Shown: positions 1 to 9,622, numbered from the stretch's first letter. The stretch is 64,000 nt of DNA from a virus (IMGVR_UViG_3300028581_000022:1-64000), one strand, 5' to 3'. Notes: generated from the sequence alone by a model not told the origin. A program made the numbers and translations.

Positions 1-9
1 TAACGTCTA

Positions 10-291
10 ATGATAAACAATCGTTTTAATGTTGTTTATCATTTGTTAGGTTTTGTTAAATTATTGTTTTACAAATTAAAAATAAAAAATATGGAAGATA
101 TAAATTGGAATATTATTGGTGATAATAAAGTCCGTATGAAATTTACGATACCAGTTAAACCACGTAAAAAATGGTGGGAATTTTGGAAAAAGGATGAAAC
201 AAAACAAGCGGTAAAGGATTTAATGAGTAAATTTAAAGAACCAGTTGATTTTGATGGTGAATATTTTTTACCTGATAAACCAAAACAATAA
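10..291 (+). CDS. hypothetical small protein (likely starts at ATG 91)
   Basis: ORF in six-frame track; internal Met at nt 91 gives 66 aa; no recognisable motif. Confidence 0.3.
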   Translation: MINNRFNVVYHLLGFVKLLFYKLKIKNMEDINWNIIGDNKVRMKFTIPVKPRKKWWEFWKKDETKQAVKDLMSKFKEPVDFDGEYFLPDKPKQ

Positions 292-409
292 TTTAATTGA
301 ACCTAACGGTTACAGCTATACGTCAGGTTTTGTTTTTCACAAAACTTGCGTATAGGTGGTGTTAGCAGTAGTAGTTTAGCGTGGATTAACAAAATTAAAA
401 TATAATAAA

Positions 410-718
410 ATGAGAAAATTTGTATGCAGACCATTTGGGGATTTTGAGGTTGATTTAGATGACCCGAAAACCTATGAACATTTACCACAAAACACCAAAG
501 ACTTGAGGCAAAAAATGCTGGCTGAAATAGGATATGCTTTTTGCTATATGAATTTTTGGCATAAGGACGTTTTTGGTAAACGAGATGGGGGACAAAAGAA
601 ACGAGTTGAACTACTTGTAAAAAACTTTACTGAAAACGAAAAACAGAACTATGAAAATGTTTTGTGGTATCAGGAACGAATTTTCTTATTCCAAGACGAA
701 ATTGAGAATATGTGCTAA
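410..718 (+). CDS. hypothetical protein
   Basis: 102-aa ORF, AT-rich codon usage consistent with neighbours. Confidence 0.4.
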   Translation: MRKFVCRPFGDFEVDLDDPKTYEHLPQNTKDLRQKMLAEIGYAFCYMNFWHKDVFGKRDGGQKKRVELLVKNFTENEKQNYENVLWYQERIFLFQDEIENMC

Positions 719-952
719 TGTGCGTTGGCAAACTATTACTGCTAACGGATGGCTGTATGGTTATGTAAGCCGACCACACAGCCCCGAATCAAAGCACAAA
801 ACTATCACGGCTTATTAACTATACAGCGTGTTATATGCAGTGCGGATATATTGTAGAAATGTTGATACAAAGCACAGAACCTTTTTGTTTTATTTTTGTG
901 GGTGGAAATTTAAAATTTGAATATTTATATATAAAGTAAACTATTTAATAAT

Positions 953-1477
953 ATGGAATTAAGAAAATTTATAGCAACTACTATACGTGAATATTTGAAT
1001 GAACAACAAGAAACTGAAACCAATATAAATAATAATTTTAGAAAATGGTTTAGTGGTAGTAAAGTTGTTTATAATGGAAAACCATTACCAGTTTATCACG
1101 GTTCACCAGAAGAGTTTGATAGTTTTATGGGTGATACATATTTCACACCAGATTATTTTAATGCTGATGGCTATGCTGGTGATGGAACTGTATATGAGGT
1201 TTATTTGAGTATTAAAAGACCATTAATTGTAGATGGTAAAGATAAAAAATGGGATGATATTGAAACAGAATATGGAACATCAACGAGAGAAGTGGTGGCA
1301 AATGTTGATAGAAGTAAATATGATGGTATTATCTTTATAAATATAAAAGATGCTTGGTTTGACGATGAGGATTATCAAGATTCCGATACTGTTTATGTTA
1401 CATTTAAACCAAATCAAATAAAATCCGTTGAAAATGATGGAACTTGGGATATTGGAGATGATAATATTTTTTCTTAA
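953..1477 (+). CDS. hypothetical protein
   Basis: 174-aa ORF preceded by conserved GGTGGAAATT..AATATTTATATATAAAGTAAA leader (901-940). Confidence 0.5.
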   Translation: MELRKFIATTIREYLNEQQETETNINNNFRKWFSGSKVVYNGKPLPVYHGSPEEFDSFMGDTYFTPDYFNADGYAGDGTVYEVYLSIKRPLIVDGKDKKWDDIETEYGTSTREVVANVDRSKYDGIIFINIKDAWFDDEDYQDSDTVYVTFKPNQIKSVENDGTWDIGDDNIFS

Positions 1478-1681
1478 ATTTATGGGTGGGAAAAAATAAA
1501 ATAAAAAGATTATAACCACGAAACTTAATACGAAGCAGAAACGTAGCATTGCATATAACGGTTGCAAATATAACCAGTGCTACCACAAAAGTTTGATTGA
1601 AACACAAATGTAATAATTTTTATTTTTTAGGGTGGGAAATTAATTCTTTAATATTTATATATAAAGTAAAAACTAAATATT

Positions 1682-2227
1682 ATGATTACGAAACAAGAAG
1701 ATTTTATACGCAAATTGATTAGAGAAGAATTAAATAATTTAAATGAAGATTTTTCAAAACAATTTATTAATGACTTATCTAATGATATTGTAAATAATAC
1801 CGATGCTTTAGAACAAGGTGCGTGGATAGATTATGATGAACCAAAAAGTAAATCAATTCAATTAGCTAAAAAATTTATTAAAAATATTTTTAACACCGAC
1901 TTCAACAATGGTGGACTAAAAAATATTCCAAATACATTTATATTATATCGTGTAGTTTTTCTTGATGATGAAAACAAATTAAATACTAAATTTTTAGGCA
2001 AACATTGGGTTAGAAATGAAAAATTGATTAAAGACCATATTAGTTCAATAATGTCGCAATTTAATATGACTGACGAAGAGTTTGCATATATTATCATCGC
2101 AAAATTTAAAAAGGATGATATTGACATATATCATACAGTGTATAACAATGTTTCTGTTGACCACGAAGAAGAAGTTACAATAAAAGATGGTATCAATCCA
2201 ATTGGTTATGAAATTAAAAAACTCTAA
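1682..2227 (+). CDS. hypothetical protein
   Basis: 181-aa ORF preceded by second copy of GGTGGGAAATT..AATATTTATATATAAAGTAAA leader (1631-1670). Confidence 0.5.
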   Translation: MITKQEDFIRKLIREELNNLNEDFSKQFINDLSNDIVNNTDALEQGAWIDYDEPKSKSIQLAKKFIKNIFNTDFNNGGLKNIPNTFILYRVVFLDDENKLNTKFLGKHWVRNEKLIKDHISSIMSQFNMTDEEFAYIIIAKFKKDDIDIYHTVYNNVSVDHEEEVTIKDGINPIGYEIKKL

Positions 2228-2468
2228 CAGTTTTGAAAAAACTGAAGTGCGTGGGCAAAAAAATAAAAATTATGGTAATTAACATACAAACTTTACTACG
2301 AAGTACTGAGAGCATTGGTTATATTTGCTGTTATACACAGTTGCTTGTAACAAAAATTAATTATTTACGTATAACTTAAAAAAGCAATTGTGTATAACGG
2401 ATTAGGGCTTGGCGAAGTGGTTGAACCCGAAGCTAAATAGAATTACTAAACTTAAAAATTAAAAACGA

Positions 2469-3206
2469 ATGTTGATAGAAGAACTAAACAGCCATTTTGC
2501 CAAACCCGTGTTATCGGCTGGCGTTTTACGAGTTTTGATTGCCTGTGAAGAAAGTCAAACAGTAACAAAAGAATTTAGAAAATTAGGACACGAAGCATTT
2601 TCGTGTGATATTATCCCTTGTAGTGGTGGACATCCCGAATGGCATATTCAACACGATGTAACCGACTTGCTAAAACTAAAATGGGATATAATAATAGCAC
2701 ACCCACCTTGTACACATTTAGCAGTAAGTGGTTCAAGGCACTTTATTAAAAAACGAGAAGATGGCAGACAACGTGAAGCAATAGATTTTTTTATGAAATT
2801 CCTTGATGTTGATTGCAAATTCGTAGCAGTTGAAAATCCAATAGGGATTATTAGTGGAAATTATATTAAAGAACACTTTCCCGATTTGGCTGAAAAATAT
2901 GGATTACCAATAAAACATCAACAAATTATTCAGCCGTTTGAATTTGGCGACCCTGTTAAAAAATCAACTTGCTTATGGTTGAAAGGATTGCCAAAATTAG
3001 AACCTACAAACAATGTAGCTGACGAAGTGAAGTATTATGTAGATAGTCGAGGGATAAAGCAAAGTGAATGGAATGTTAGGCAACTTGAAATTGATGGTAA
3101 AAAATATGGCTATGATACAGCAGAATTTAAAAAACATCGTTCTAAAACATTTGATGGAATTGCAAATGCTATGGCTGTGCAGTGGTCATCTTACGCTTGC
3201 CGATAA
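2469..3206 (+). CDS. putative methyltransferase-like protein (Pro-Cys catalytic-type motif)
   Basis: 245 aa; IIAHPPCTHLAVSG resembles motif IV (P-C) of cytosine-C5/RNA m5C methyltransferases; no canonical FxGxG motif seen, so assignment tentative. Confidence 0.3.
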   Translation: MLIEELNSHFAKPVLSAGVLRVLIACEESQTVTKEFRKLGHEAFSCDIIPCSGGHPEWHIQHDVTDLLKLKWDIIIAHPPCTHLAVSGSRHFIKKREDGRQREAIDFFMKFLDVDCKFVAVENPIGIISGNYIKEHFPDLAEKYGLPIKHQQIIQPFEFGDPVKKSTCLWLKGLPKLEPTNNVADEVKYYVDSRGIKQSEWNVRQLEIDGKKYGYDTAEFKKHRSKTFDGIANAMAVQWSSYACR

Positions 3207-3327
3207 CGGTTGAGAATATAAGTAGTAACCGATTTGAAACAAAATACTTTGAATTACGTATAAATGATTGTAAAAAGTAATAACTTAAATAAACCACATA
3301 ACTCGGTTATTACTTATATTCTTTGTT

Positions 3328-3675
3328 ATGTGTTGTTTTATTATGAATGAAATATTGTATTGTGTTTATAACACAAAAAAAATAGAAACCCCCGTTTTAA
3401 TAGAAATTAACGATTTTAAAAAAAATGGTAATGAATATTCGTTTGAAAAACACGAACATGGTTATCTGAATAAAATTAAATTAGGTAAAGATAATATTTT
3501 CATTGATTATGGGTTATCAATGGGTGATTCCCCGTTAGAATGGATTTATATCTATACCACAGATAAAAATTTAGCATTAACAATATTTGAAGAAGAATGT
3601 ATTGATATTGGTGCTGGTATGTATGGTGGTAAATATCGTGAATTTATGGAAAGACGTTCCAAAAATAACACATAA
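3328..3675 (+). CDS. hypothetical protein
   Basis: 115-aa ORF (alternative Met at 3343). Confidence 0.4.
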   Translation: MCCFIMNEILYCVYNTKKIETPVLIEINDFKKNGNEYSFEKHEHGYLNKIKLGKDNIFIDYGLSMGDSPLEWIYIYTTDKNLALTIFEEECIDIGAGMYGGKYREFMERRSKNNT

Positions 3676-4223
3676 CGGACACAGATATATTTCAGGTTTT
3701 TATTTTAATATATATATATATACAAATAAACTTTAATATGAAAAAGGAACTTAAACATTTGAAAACATTTGAACAGAACACAGATAAAAACTTGAATATA
3801 TCTGGTGTTATACAACGTAATTTGTTATTATAAAAATCTGATATTGAATACTTACGAAGTGTCGGATTTACACAAGATAATTCAAAAAATTCTGGTCTTT
3901 ATTATTATGAAGATGATAATAAAACTAAGGTAATTGTACCACAAAAAGATGGTACATATAAATTAGAATTTTATGAATGGTATGATGATGGTGATGGTAA
4001 TTATTACGAAGATTTTGATAAGGAATATAGTAAGAAAGGACAAACATTACAACAATTTATAGAAGAGTGGATTTAATTATGTTGTATAACGGTTGGGTGT
4101 ATGAGAAGGTTTGCTTTGATAAACTCTCATAATTACCACAACTGCTGATAGCAAACTTTCTTATACACCTTGTTAGCACCAGTACGGTGAATTTAAGGTA
4201 AACTTGATTAATTGAATAATTAG

Positions 4224-4571
4224 TTGTATATTTGTAAAAAAAAAAGAATTATGGAAAAAGATATTGATATTAAAATAACTGAAACAAAATCAGTTCAATC
4301 CGTTAGTTATGAAGAATTATATATATCATTAAGGGATAAATTTAGAATTATGATAATGATTTTGGTAGAAACCTTAGAAAATTATTATCATATGGAGAAT
4401 AAATATAAAGGGTTTAAAATATTAGATAAAATATTACTATATTTAATATACCGAAGATGGAAAAAATTAAGTGGTAAGATAGATGGTAAGACATTTTTAT
4501 CTAGTGATTACGCTAAAAGACGAAAACACTATGAATCCTTAATGTGGGAGATTAGAAAAAATGACTTATAA
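4224..4571 (+). CDS. hypothetical protein
   Basis: 115-aa ORF. Confidence 0.4.
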   Translation: MYICKKKRIMEKDIDIKITETKSVQSVSYEELYISLRDKFRIMIMILVETLENYYHMENKYKGFKILDKILLYLIYRRWKKLSGKIDGKTFLSSDYAKRRKHYESLMWEIRKNDL

Positions 4572-4896
4572 TAATAAAATTAAATTTAAAAATATGAAAG
4601 AATTAGTTAAAAAATACGAAAAACTTTATTTCCTTGATGGAATACCAGAAGAAAATAAATTAGAATTATCTCACTTATATGAAGATTTTACTAAATTTTT
4701 AATAAACGTTGATAATTGCGAAGAAAATTTCCAAACATTATTTATACCTATAACTAGAAAATTGTACGTAGAATTTAAGGAAACTGATTTTATTAAAATA
4801 TTTGAAATGTATTCAGAATGGTGTGTTATTTCTAAGTTAGAAAATGATTATGATATATTTAAAGGGTTTATAGAATATTATAAATCGAAGCACTGA
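4561..4896 (+). CDS. hypothetical protein
   Basis: 111-aa ORF overlapping previous by 11 nt (operon-like). Confidence 0.4.
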   Translation: MTYNNKIKFKNMKELVKKYEKLYFLDGIPEENKLELSHLYEDFTKFLINVDNCEENFQTLFIPITRKLYVEFKETDFIKIFEMYSEWCVISKLENDYDIFKGFIEYYKSKH

Positions 4897-4903
4897 TGTA
4901 GTA

Positions 4904-5761
4904 TTGGTGCTAACTATCATATATAAACAAGTATACCCTAAACCCTTTAAAATCAATACTTTGAATCAAAAAATTATAAAGATTTGTGAGCAAAAGTTTA
5001 TATACTTAAACTATTCTCCAAGAACAAAAGATAATTACATAAGTCACATCAAAGACTTTCTTAAATCTTTAGGTGAAAAGCAAATTATTCATTGTAATTC
5101 CAAAAATTTTCAGTCCTACTTGGACAAGTATCAATTTTCCTCTGTTTCTCAACAGAATCAAGTGATAAATGCAATCCGTTTTTTATACAAATACGGGCTT
5201 GATAAAAAATATGATAAAGTCAATTTTAACAGACCAAAATCAGAGAAGAAACTTCCAAGAGTTATTGATGGAGAATTTATCAAAGAAAGATTATCTAAAA
5301 TTGAAAATCTTAAACACAAAGCAATTCTCACACTAACATATTCAGTTGGTTTAAGAGTTTCTGAAATTGTCAATATAAAAATTGAAGATATTGATTCAAA
5401 AAGGATGCTGGTTCATATAAAAAATGCTAAAGGTAGGAAAGATAGAGTGGTCCCATTATCACAAAATGTCCTCAATCTACTGAGAGAATATTTTAAAGAA
5501 TATAGACCAACTGAATATCTATTTAATGGCCAAATGACAAATCAATATTCTGTAAGAAGTTGTCAAGAAATGTATAAAAAATACATTGAATTGTCTGGAC
5601 ATATACATACTCTAAGACATAGTTGTGCCACAAATCTTCTAGAAAATGGAACGGATTTAAAATTAATACAGAAAATTCTAGGGCATTCTAGTGTTAAAAC
5701 TACTGAAATTTATACTCATGTTTCAAATCAAATATTGTCAAAAGTAAATTTACCCATATAA
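4904..5761 (+). CDS. tyrosine recombinase / phage integrase (XerC/D-like), TTG start
   Basis: C-terminal catalytic motifs LRVSE (Arg I), KGRKDRVVPL, HTLRHSCATNLL (H-x-x-R), GHSSVKTTEIYTHV (catalytic Tyr); N-terminal SAM-like domain; first codon is TTG. Confidence 0.85.
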   Translation: MVLTIIYKQVYPKPFKINTLNQKIIKICEQKFIYLNYSPRTKDNYISHIKDFLKSLGEKQIIHCNSKNFQSYLDKYQFSSVSQQNQVINAIRFLYKYGLDKKYDKVNFNRPKSEKKLPRVIDGEFIKERLSKIENLKHKAILTLTYSVGLRVSEIVNIKIEDIDSKRMLVHIKNAKGRKDRVVPLSQNVLNLLREYFKEYRPTEYLFNGQMTNQYSVRSCQEMYKKYIELSGHIHTLRHSCATNLLENGTDLKLIQKILGHSSVKTTEIYTHVSNQILSKVNLPI

Positions 5762-5800
5762 AATTTGGTAGTGTCAAAAACTTTACTTACCTTTGCACTA
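5761..5800 (+). promoter_or_regulatory. phage promoter (Bacteroidetes sigmaA-type -33 TTTG / -7 TACCTTTG)
   Basis: AAATTTGGTAGTGTCAAAAACTTTACTTACCTTTGCACTA; member of >45-copy family. Confidence 0.6.
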
Positions 5801-5814
5801 CTAAACTAATAAAT

Positions 5815-6204
5815 ATGATACAAGACTTTGAACAACAAGAAATGGAGCTTCTTAAAAAAGAACAAGAACTCTATGATGCCAAAAAAATAACCGATACCCT
5901 ATCGGATTATGTAAACTATCGCAAATCAAACAAAGCGTTTGCAGAAGCATTCAAACGTGAACATAGAACCCTACAACAATCCATGTTCCGCATGTTCCTA
6001 GAACTAATTGAAGATATGGCTTCTGAAAACTATCATACAGATGGTCGTAATGAAGATAGCAAGAAAATGGCTCAGACATTGATTAAAGGCTTCCAAATGG
6101 TAAAGAAACAAGAATACCTTGAACAAGGCGTGTCTGAACAACGTGCAGAAGAATATGTGTCTGGTGAAGGAGCCAAACCAAGCAGATATTTACCTTTTAT
6201 TTAA
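5815..6204 (+). CDS. hypothetical protein
   Basis: 129-aa ORF 15 nt downstream of promoter. Confidence 0.5.
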   Translation: MIQDFEQQEMELLKKEQELYDAKKITDTLSDYVNYRKSNKAFAEAFKREHRTLQQSMFRMFLELIEDMASENYHTDGRNEDSKKMAQTLIKGFQMVKKQEYLEQGVSEQRAEEYVSGEGAKPSRYLPFI

Positions 6205-6219
6205 TAAAAAAACTATATT

Positions 6220-6543
6220 ATGGATAAACAAACATACATGGTATTGAACCATGAAGGTGAGCACGAATACGACATCGTGAAAGAACTTACTGATGAAGGT
6301 GAAAAAATTACCGCTTATCGGTCAAATAGCAAAATCTGGTATTCACATGTTAGAGGTGAAAAGATTATGTCAATAACCAATGATGGTAATGGTATAAAGT
6401 TTGATAAAAAGATTAAGGAACTAGATTATGAATTTTTGGTAGTTTTAAGGCTTTTAATCAACTTTGAACATCAAACAGATGCAAACGCTATTAATAGAGA
6501 AAAGTATCGTATAATCGAAAATAAAACGCTAATTGAACTATAA
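6220..6543 (+). CDS. hypothetical protein
   Basis: 107-aa ORF. Confidence 0.45.
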   Translation: MDKQTYMVLNHEGEHEYDIVKELTDEGEKITAYRSNSKIWYSHVRGEKIMSITNDGNGIKFDKKIKELDYEFLVVLRLLINFEHQTDANAINREKYRIIENKTLIEL

Positions 6544-7013
6544 TGAATATATTTGTCCTAGATACCGATACCAAGAAATGTGCTGAATATCACGTTGACA
6601 AACACGTGGTCAAAATGGTGCTGGAAACAAGCCAAATTTTATGTGGGGTTCATCATATGACAAATAGCTTGTTTGACATACCATATGGGTTGTCACATAA
6701 GAATCATCCTTGTTGCATTTGGGCCAGAGAATGTATTGAAAACTACAATTGGCTTTGTGAGTTGGGTATTGAACTGTGTGAGGAATATACCTATCGTTAT
6801 GGTAAACGTCATAAGTCACAAGACATAATTGAATGGGCTATGGTTCATAAACCTAATTTACGTGTAAATGGTAATATCACTACATTTGCTTTAGCAATGC
6901 CAGATGAATGTAAAATAGGTAATGCTGTTGATTCATACAGACAATACTATATCGCTGAAAAACGTAGTTTCGCTAACTGGAAAGAAAGAGAAATCCCATT
7001 TTGGTTTAAATAA
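6543..7013 (+). CDS. conserved hypothetical protein (His/Cys-rich; N-terminal MNIFVLD..KHVVKM motif)
   Basis: 156-aa ORF with start overlapping previous stop (ATGA); motif feels family-like but I cannot name it. Confidence 0.45.
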   Translation: MNIFVLDTDTKKCAEYHVDKHVVKMVLETSQILCGVHHMTNSLFDIPYGLSHKNHPCCIWARECIENYNWLCELGIELCEEYTYRYGKRHKSQDIIEWAMVHKPNLRVNGNITTFALAMPDECKIGNAVDSYRQYYIAEKRSFANWKEREIPFWFK

Positions 7014-7023
7014 ATTTTGTCAT

Positions 7024-7362
7024 ATGAACAATCCGTGGTACTATAAAATAAATGGTGAACTCTATAAAAAACCTAAGCCATGTTTTGATGGTGACTTTGT
7101 TCACATCAAGTCATTCACTGGGTGCTTCAAAGTCCATGAAATAAAATTAGAGTACTTTGTTGTCGTTAAAAACGGTGAAAAGAAGAACATACCTTGGGAC
7201 TGCTTTATCTGTCTTAAAGGTCAAGGAAATAGCGAAGAAACGCTATTAAAACGTAGACTTAATAAATTAGCCACTACAATAGAAAGAAACATTGCTGAAC
7301 AACTTGCCATTAACAAAATAGTTAAAGAAGAATTACAAAATCTTAGAAAAACATTTGCATAA
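7024..7362 (+). CDS. hypothetical protein
   Basis: Listed ORF 6922..7362 overlaps upstream gene; first Met after upstream stop is 7024 (113 aa). Confidence 0.4.
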   Translation: MNNPWYYKINGELYKKPKPCFDGDFVHIKSFTGCFKVHEIKLEYFVVVKNGEKKNIPWDCFICLKGQGNSEETLLKRRLNKLATTIERNIAEQLAINKIVKEELQNLRKTFA

Positions 7363-7389
7363 TTCATTTCCTTTTATTACCTTTGCATC

Positions 7390-7788
7390 ATGGATAAATC
7401 GCAATTAATAGAAAAGGTCAAGCTTATGTCACATTTGCCACAACCTGATAGAGATAAAATTCTAGGTTGGGCAAATGCTTTGCCCAATACTTCATCTAAG
7501 GTAACCCCAAATGAATTTAAAGTTGGTGATGTCTTTATGCACCCCATATTTGTACACCCTTATATTTTATTGGAAAAGCATAAAGAGCACTGGGTCTGTG
7601 GTATGTTGACATCAGAAGCTGATTGTGCCGAAATATTGGAACCATGTCAGTCAAGATTTTTTAATAACAATTTCTTTACAAAAATATTATTTACGGTGAA
7701 AGAACCTGTCGGTTCATTTATGTCAATATATGAAAATAAATCACATATGCTAAAGGTTTATAAAACTTTAAAACAAATTTTTAATTAA
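7390..7788 (+). CDS. hypothetical protein
   Basis: 132 aa; preceded by TTACCTTTGCA -7 box at 7370-7380. Confidence 0.5.
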   Translation: MDKSQLIEKVKLMSHLPQPDRDKILGWANALPNTSSKVTPNEFKVGDVFMHPIFVHPYILLEKHKEHWVCGMLTSEADCAEILEPCQSRFFNNNFFTKILFTVKEPVGSFMSIYENKSHMLKVYKTLKQIFN

Positions 7789-7842
7789 AGTTGTAAAGTT
7801 CAAATATTTTCCATACCTTTGCATTACTAAAATAAAAAAAAT

Positions 7843-8019
7843 ATGATTTTAAGAACAAGTTTAAAAATTCTAGTATTCTTGCTGGTCCTTTACGTAGGAT
7901 GGTACGTATTTAATTTCCTAACTGCTTGGGGTGGTATAGCAGTAATTCTCGGAGCCCTAATAGGTGCAGGTGTCTACCTTGAAAATGACATCAAAAATTA
8001 TATTAACAAAAAAGACTAA
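7843..8019 (+). CDS. small membrane protein (58 aa, two predicted TM helices)
   Basis: ATG 7843 right after promoter -7 box CATACCTTTGCA (7812-7823); hydrophobic LVFLLVLYVGWYVF and GIAVILGALIGAGV segments. Confidence 0.35.
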   Translation: MILRTSLKILVFLLVLYVGWYVFNFLTAWGGIAVILGALIGAGVYLENDIKNYINKKD

Positions 8020-8044
8020 AAAATTAATTAAAAACAAAAAAAAA

Positions 8045-8857
8045 ATGAAAAAAAGTTTCAAATCAATTCTAGCAATCTTCGTATTAGCAATCTTAATGCA
8101 ATCATGCGAATCAGTACAACCAAACTATCAAGGTGTACTTATGACAAACTTTGGTAAAAATGGAAAATCAGATTTCCAAAATGTAAAAGGCCGTGTATCC
8201 GTAATCGCTCCTGGTACCTCTCTTTATCAAGTCCCCCTATTTGAACAACGTGCAAACTTTGGAGGTGCTACGTTACACCTAAAAGCAGCTGACAATACAG
8301 AATTTACATCAAAACCACTTTATTCTTATAGGGTTATTGAAGACCGTGCTGTTGATGTTGTTTTTCAAAATGCTCGACTAGGAAGCGGAAATGAATTCAT
8401 GTCAGCCCTTGAAGATAACGTACTTGAACCACACATCTATGATATTATCAAAGAAGAAAGCCGTAAATATGTTACAGACTCTCTAATGGCTAATGGTGGT
8501 TCACTTAAATTTGAAGAAAGAGTACAAGTACTAGTGTTAAAATCATTCGAAGAAAAAGGTTTGAAACTCATATCATTCAGCTGCAACCTTGACTTTAGTG
8601 CAAAGGTAAAAGAAAAGATTGATAATCGTAACGAAGTTAATACAAACTTGTCAGTGCTTGACCAACAAATTCAAGAACAACGGAAAAAGAATGAACTCGC
8701 AGAACTTAAAGCACAAGAAAACATTATCTTGTCAAAAGGTTTGACTGATGAAATCCTACAAAAAATGGCAATCGAAGGTTGGGTTAAAGCTGGATGTCCT
8801 ACACCACAAGTTGTTGGCGACAACTCCAAAACATTTTATAACCTTGTTCACAAGTAA
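8045..8857 (+). CDS. lipoprotein with SPFH/band-7 (prohibitin-like) domain
   Basis: MKKSFKSILAIFVLAILMQSC lipoprotein signal (lipobox LMQSC); C-terminal region (LDFSAKVKEKIDNRNEV..QEQRKKNELAELKAQENII..) resembles SPFH signature; listed ORF starts 7964 but signal peptide Met is at 8045. Confidence 0.5.
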   Translation: MKKSFKSILAIFVLAILMQSCESVQPNYQGVLMTNFGKNGKSDFQNVKGRVSVIAPGTSLYQVPLFEQRANFGGATLHLKAADNTEFTSKPLYSYRVIEDRAVDVVFQNARLGSGNEFMSALEDNVLEPHIYDIIKEESRKYVTDSLMANGGSLKFEERVQVLVLKSFEEKGLKLISFSCNLDFSAKVKEKIDNRNEVNTNLSVLDQQIQEQRKKNELAELKAQENIILSKGLTDEILQKMAIEGWVKAGCPTPQVVGDNSKTFYNLVHK

Positions 8858-8872
8858 TAATAAATAAAAATA

Positions 8873-8906
8873 AACCCCTTGTCAAAAAAAAAGGCAAGGG
8901 GTTTTA
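8873..8906 (+). terminator. intrinsic terminator
   Basis: CCCCTTG-tcaaaaaaaaagg-CAAGGGG hairpin followed by TTTT. Confidence 0.6.
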
Positions 8907-8920
8907 TAATTTTAAATAAT

Positions 8921-9046
8921 ATGAACTGGTTAATATTTTTATTATCATTTGGGGTTATTCTCATAGTAGCTTACCTCATCCTCAAAAAAATGGGTGTTGA
9001 TATTATAGATAGTATCATGGATTCATTTGATGATTTTTATGATTAA
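8921..9046 (+). CDS. small membrane protein (41 aa, one TM helix)
   Basis: MNWLIFLLSFGVILIVAYLILKK hydrophobic N-terminus; holin-like size but no further evidence. Confidence 0.3.
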   Translation: MNWLIFLLSFGVILIVAYLILKKMGVDIIDSIMDSFDDFYD

Positions 9047-9083
9047 ATTTGGAAGTTTCAAATATTTTTAATAATACACCAAA

Positions 9084-9266
9084 ATGAAGGGAAAAGCTAT
9101 ATTCAAATTTAATTCTGGTAACCTAGCTTTATTATGCTCTGCTTGTAGCAAGATAATTAAAGTTGGTTATGAATTCACTGAAGATGAACATAAAGCATGT
9201 AAAGGAGAAAAACACCTAAAACCACAATATTGCGAAAGCTGTAAACCAAATGATACAAATAAATAA
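9084..9266 (+). CDS. small Cys-rich (zinc-ribbon-like) protein
   Basis: 60 aa with CSAC..C..C..CESC pattern. Confidence 0.4.
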   Translation: MKGKAIFKFNSGNLALLCSACSKIIKVGYEFTEDEHKACKGEKHLKPQYCESCKPNDTNK

Positions 9267-9387
9267 AATACTTTTGGATTCTAATAATAGAATGCTTAGA
9301 ATAGGTTTTGGGAAACATATTGGAGACTGGTTTTTTAGAGTTGATTTATGGTGGGTTGGCTACAGATTTAAAAAAAAATTGCTCTAA

Positions 9388-9420
9388 ACTTGCAAATTTA
9401 AAAAATTTTATCTACCTTTG
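9388..9420 (+). promoter_or_regulatory. phage promoter upstream of tRNA-like element
   Basis: -7 box TACCTTTG at 9413-9420 with upstream TTGC; no ORF follows on + strand for ~220 nt. Confidence 0.45.
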
Positions 9421-9550
9421 CATTACTAAAATAAATAGGTTGATTGGGGAATGATGCCACACAATTTGGTTTGGTATCGGAGGTGCGTGCTAGTAACGCC
9501 AATCGTAAAAGAGGATGTCCACACGCCCATCTTCCTCTTTCCTAAAACAT

Positions 9551-9622
9551 AGTCAGGTGGTCGATAATGGTAATGGCGATTACGGAAGTAATAGAATACA
9601 AGTTCGAATCTTGTCCTGACTA
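9551..9622 (+). ncRNA. tRNA-like element (canonical T-arm and 7-bp acceptor stem; aberrant D-loop and anticodon arm)
   Basis: AGTCAGG..CCTGACT acceptor pairing, T-arm ACAAG-TTCGAAT-CTTGT, D-stem GTCG/CGAT with 13-nt loop containing duplicated TAATGG; only a 4-nt loop on the ATTAC/GTAAT stem, so not a canonical tRNA. Confidence 0.3.

Noticed and set aside
6543-7013. Calling ORF 6543 a pyrimidine-dimer DNA glycosylase (DenV-like) from its MNIFVLD..AEYHVDKHVVKM start
   Set aside because: I could not reproduce a convincing alignment to T4 EndoV from memory. Left as conserved hypothetical.
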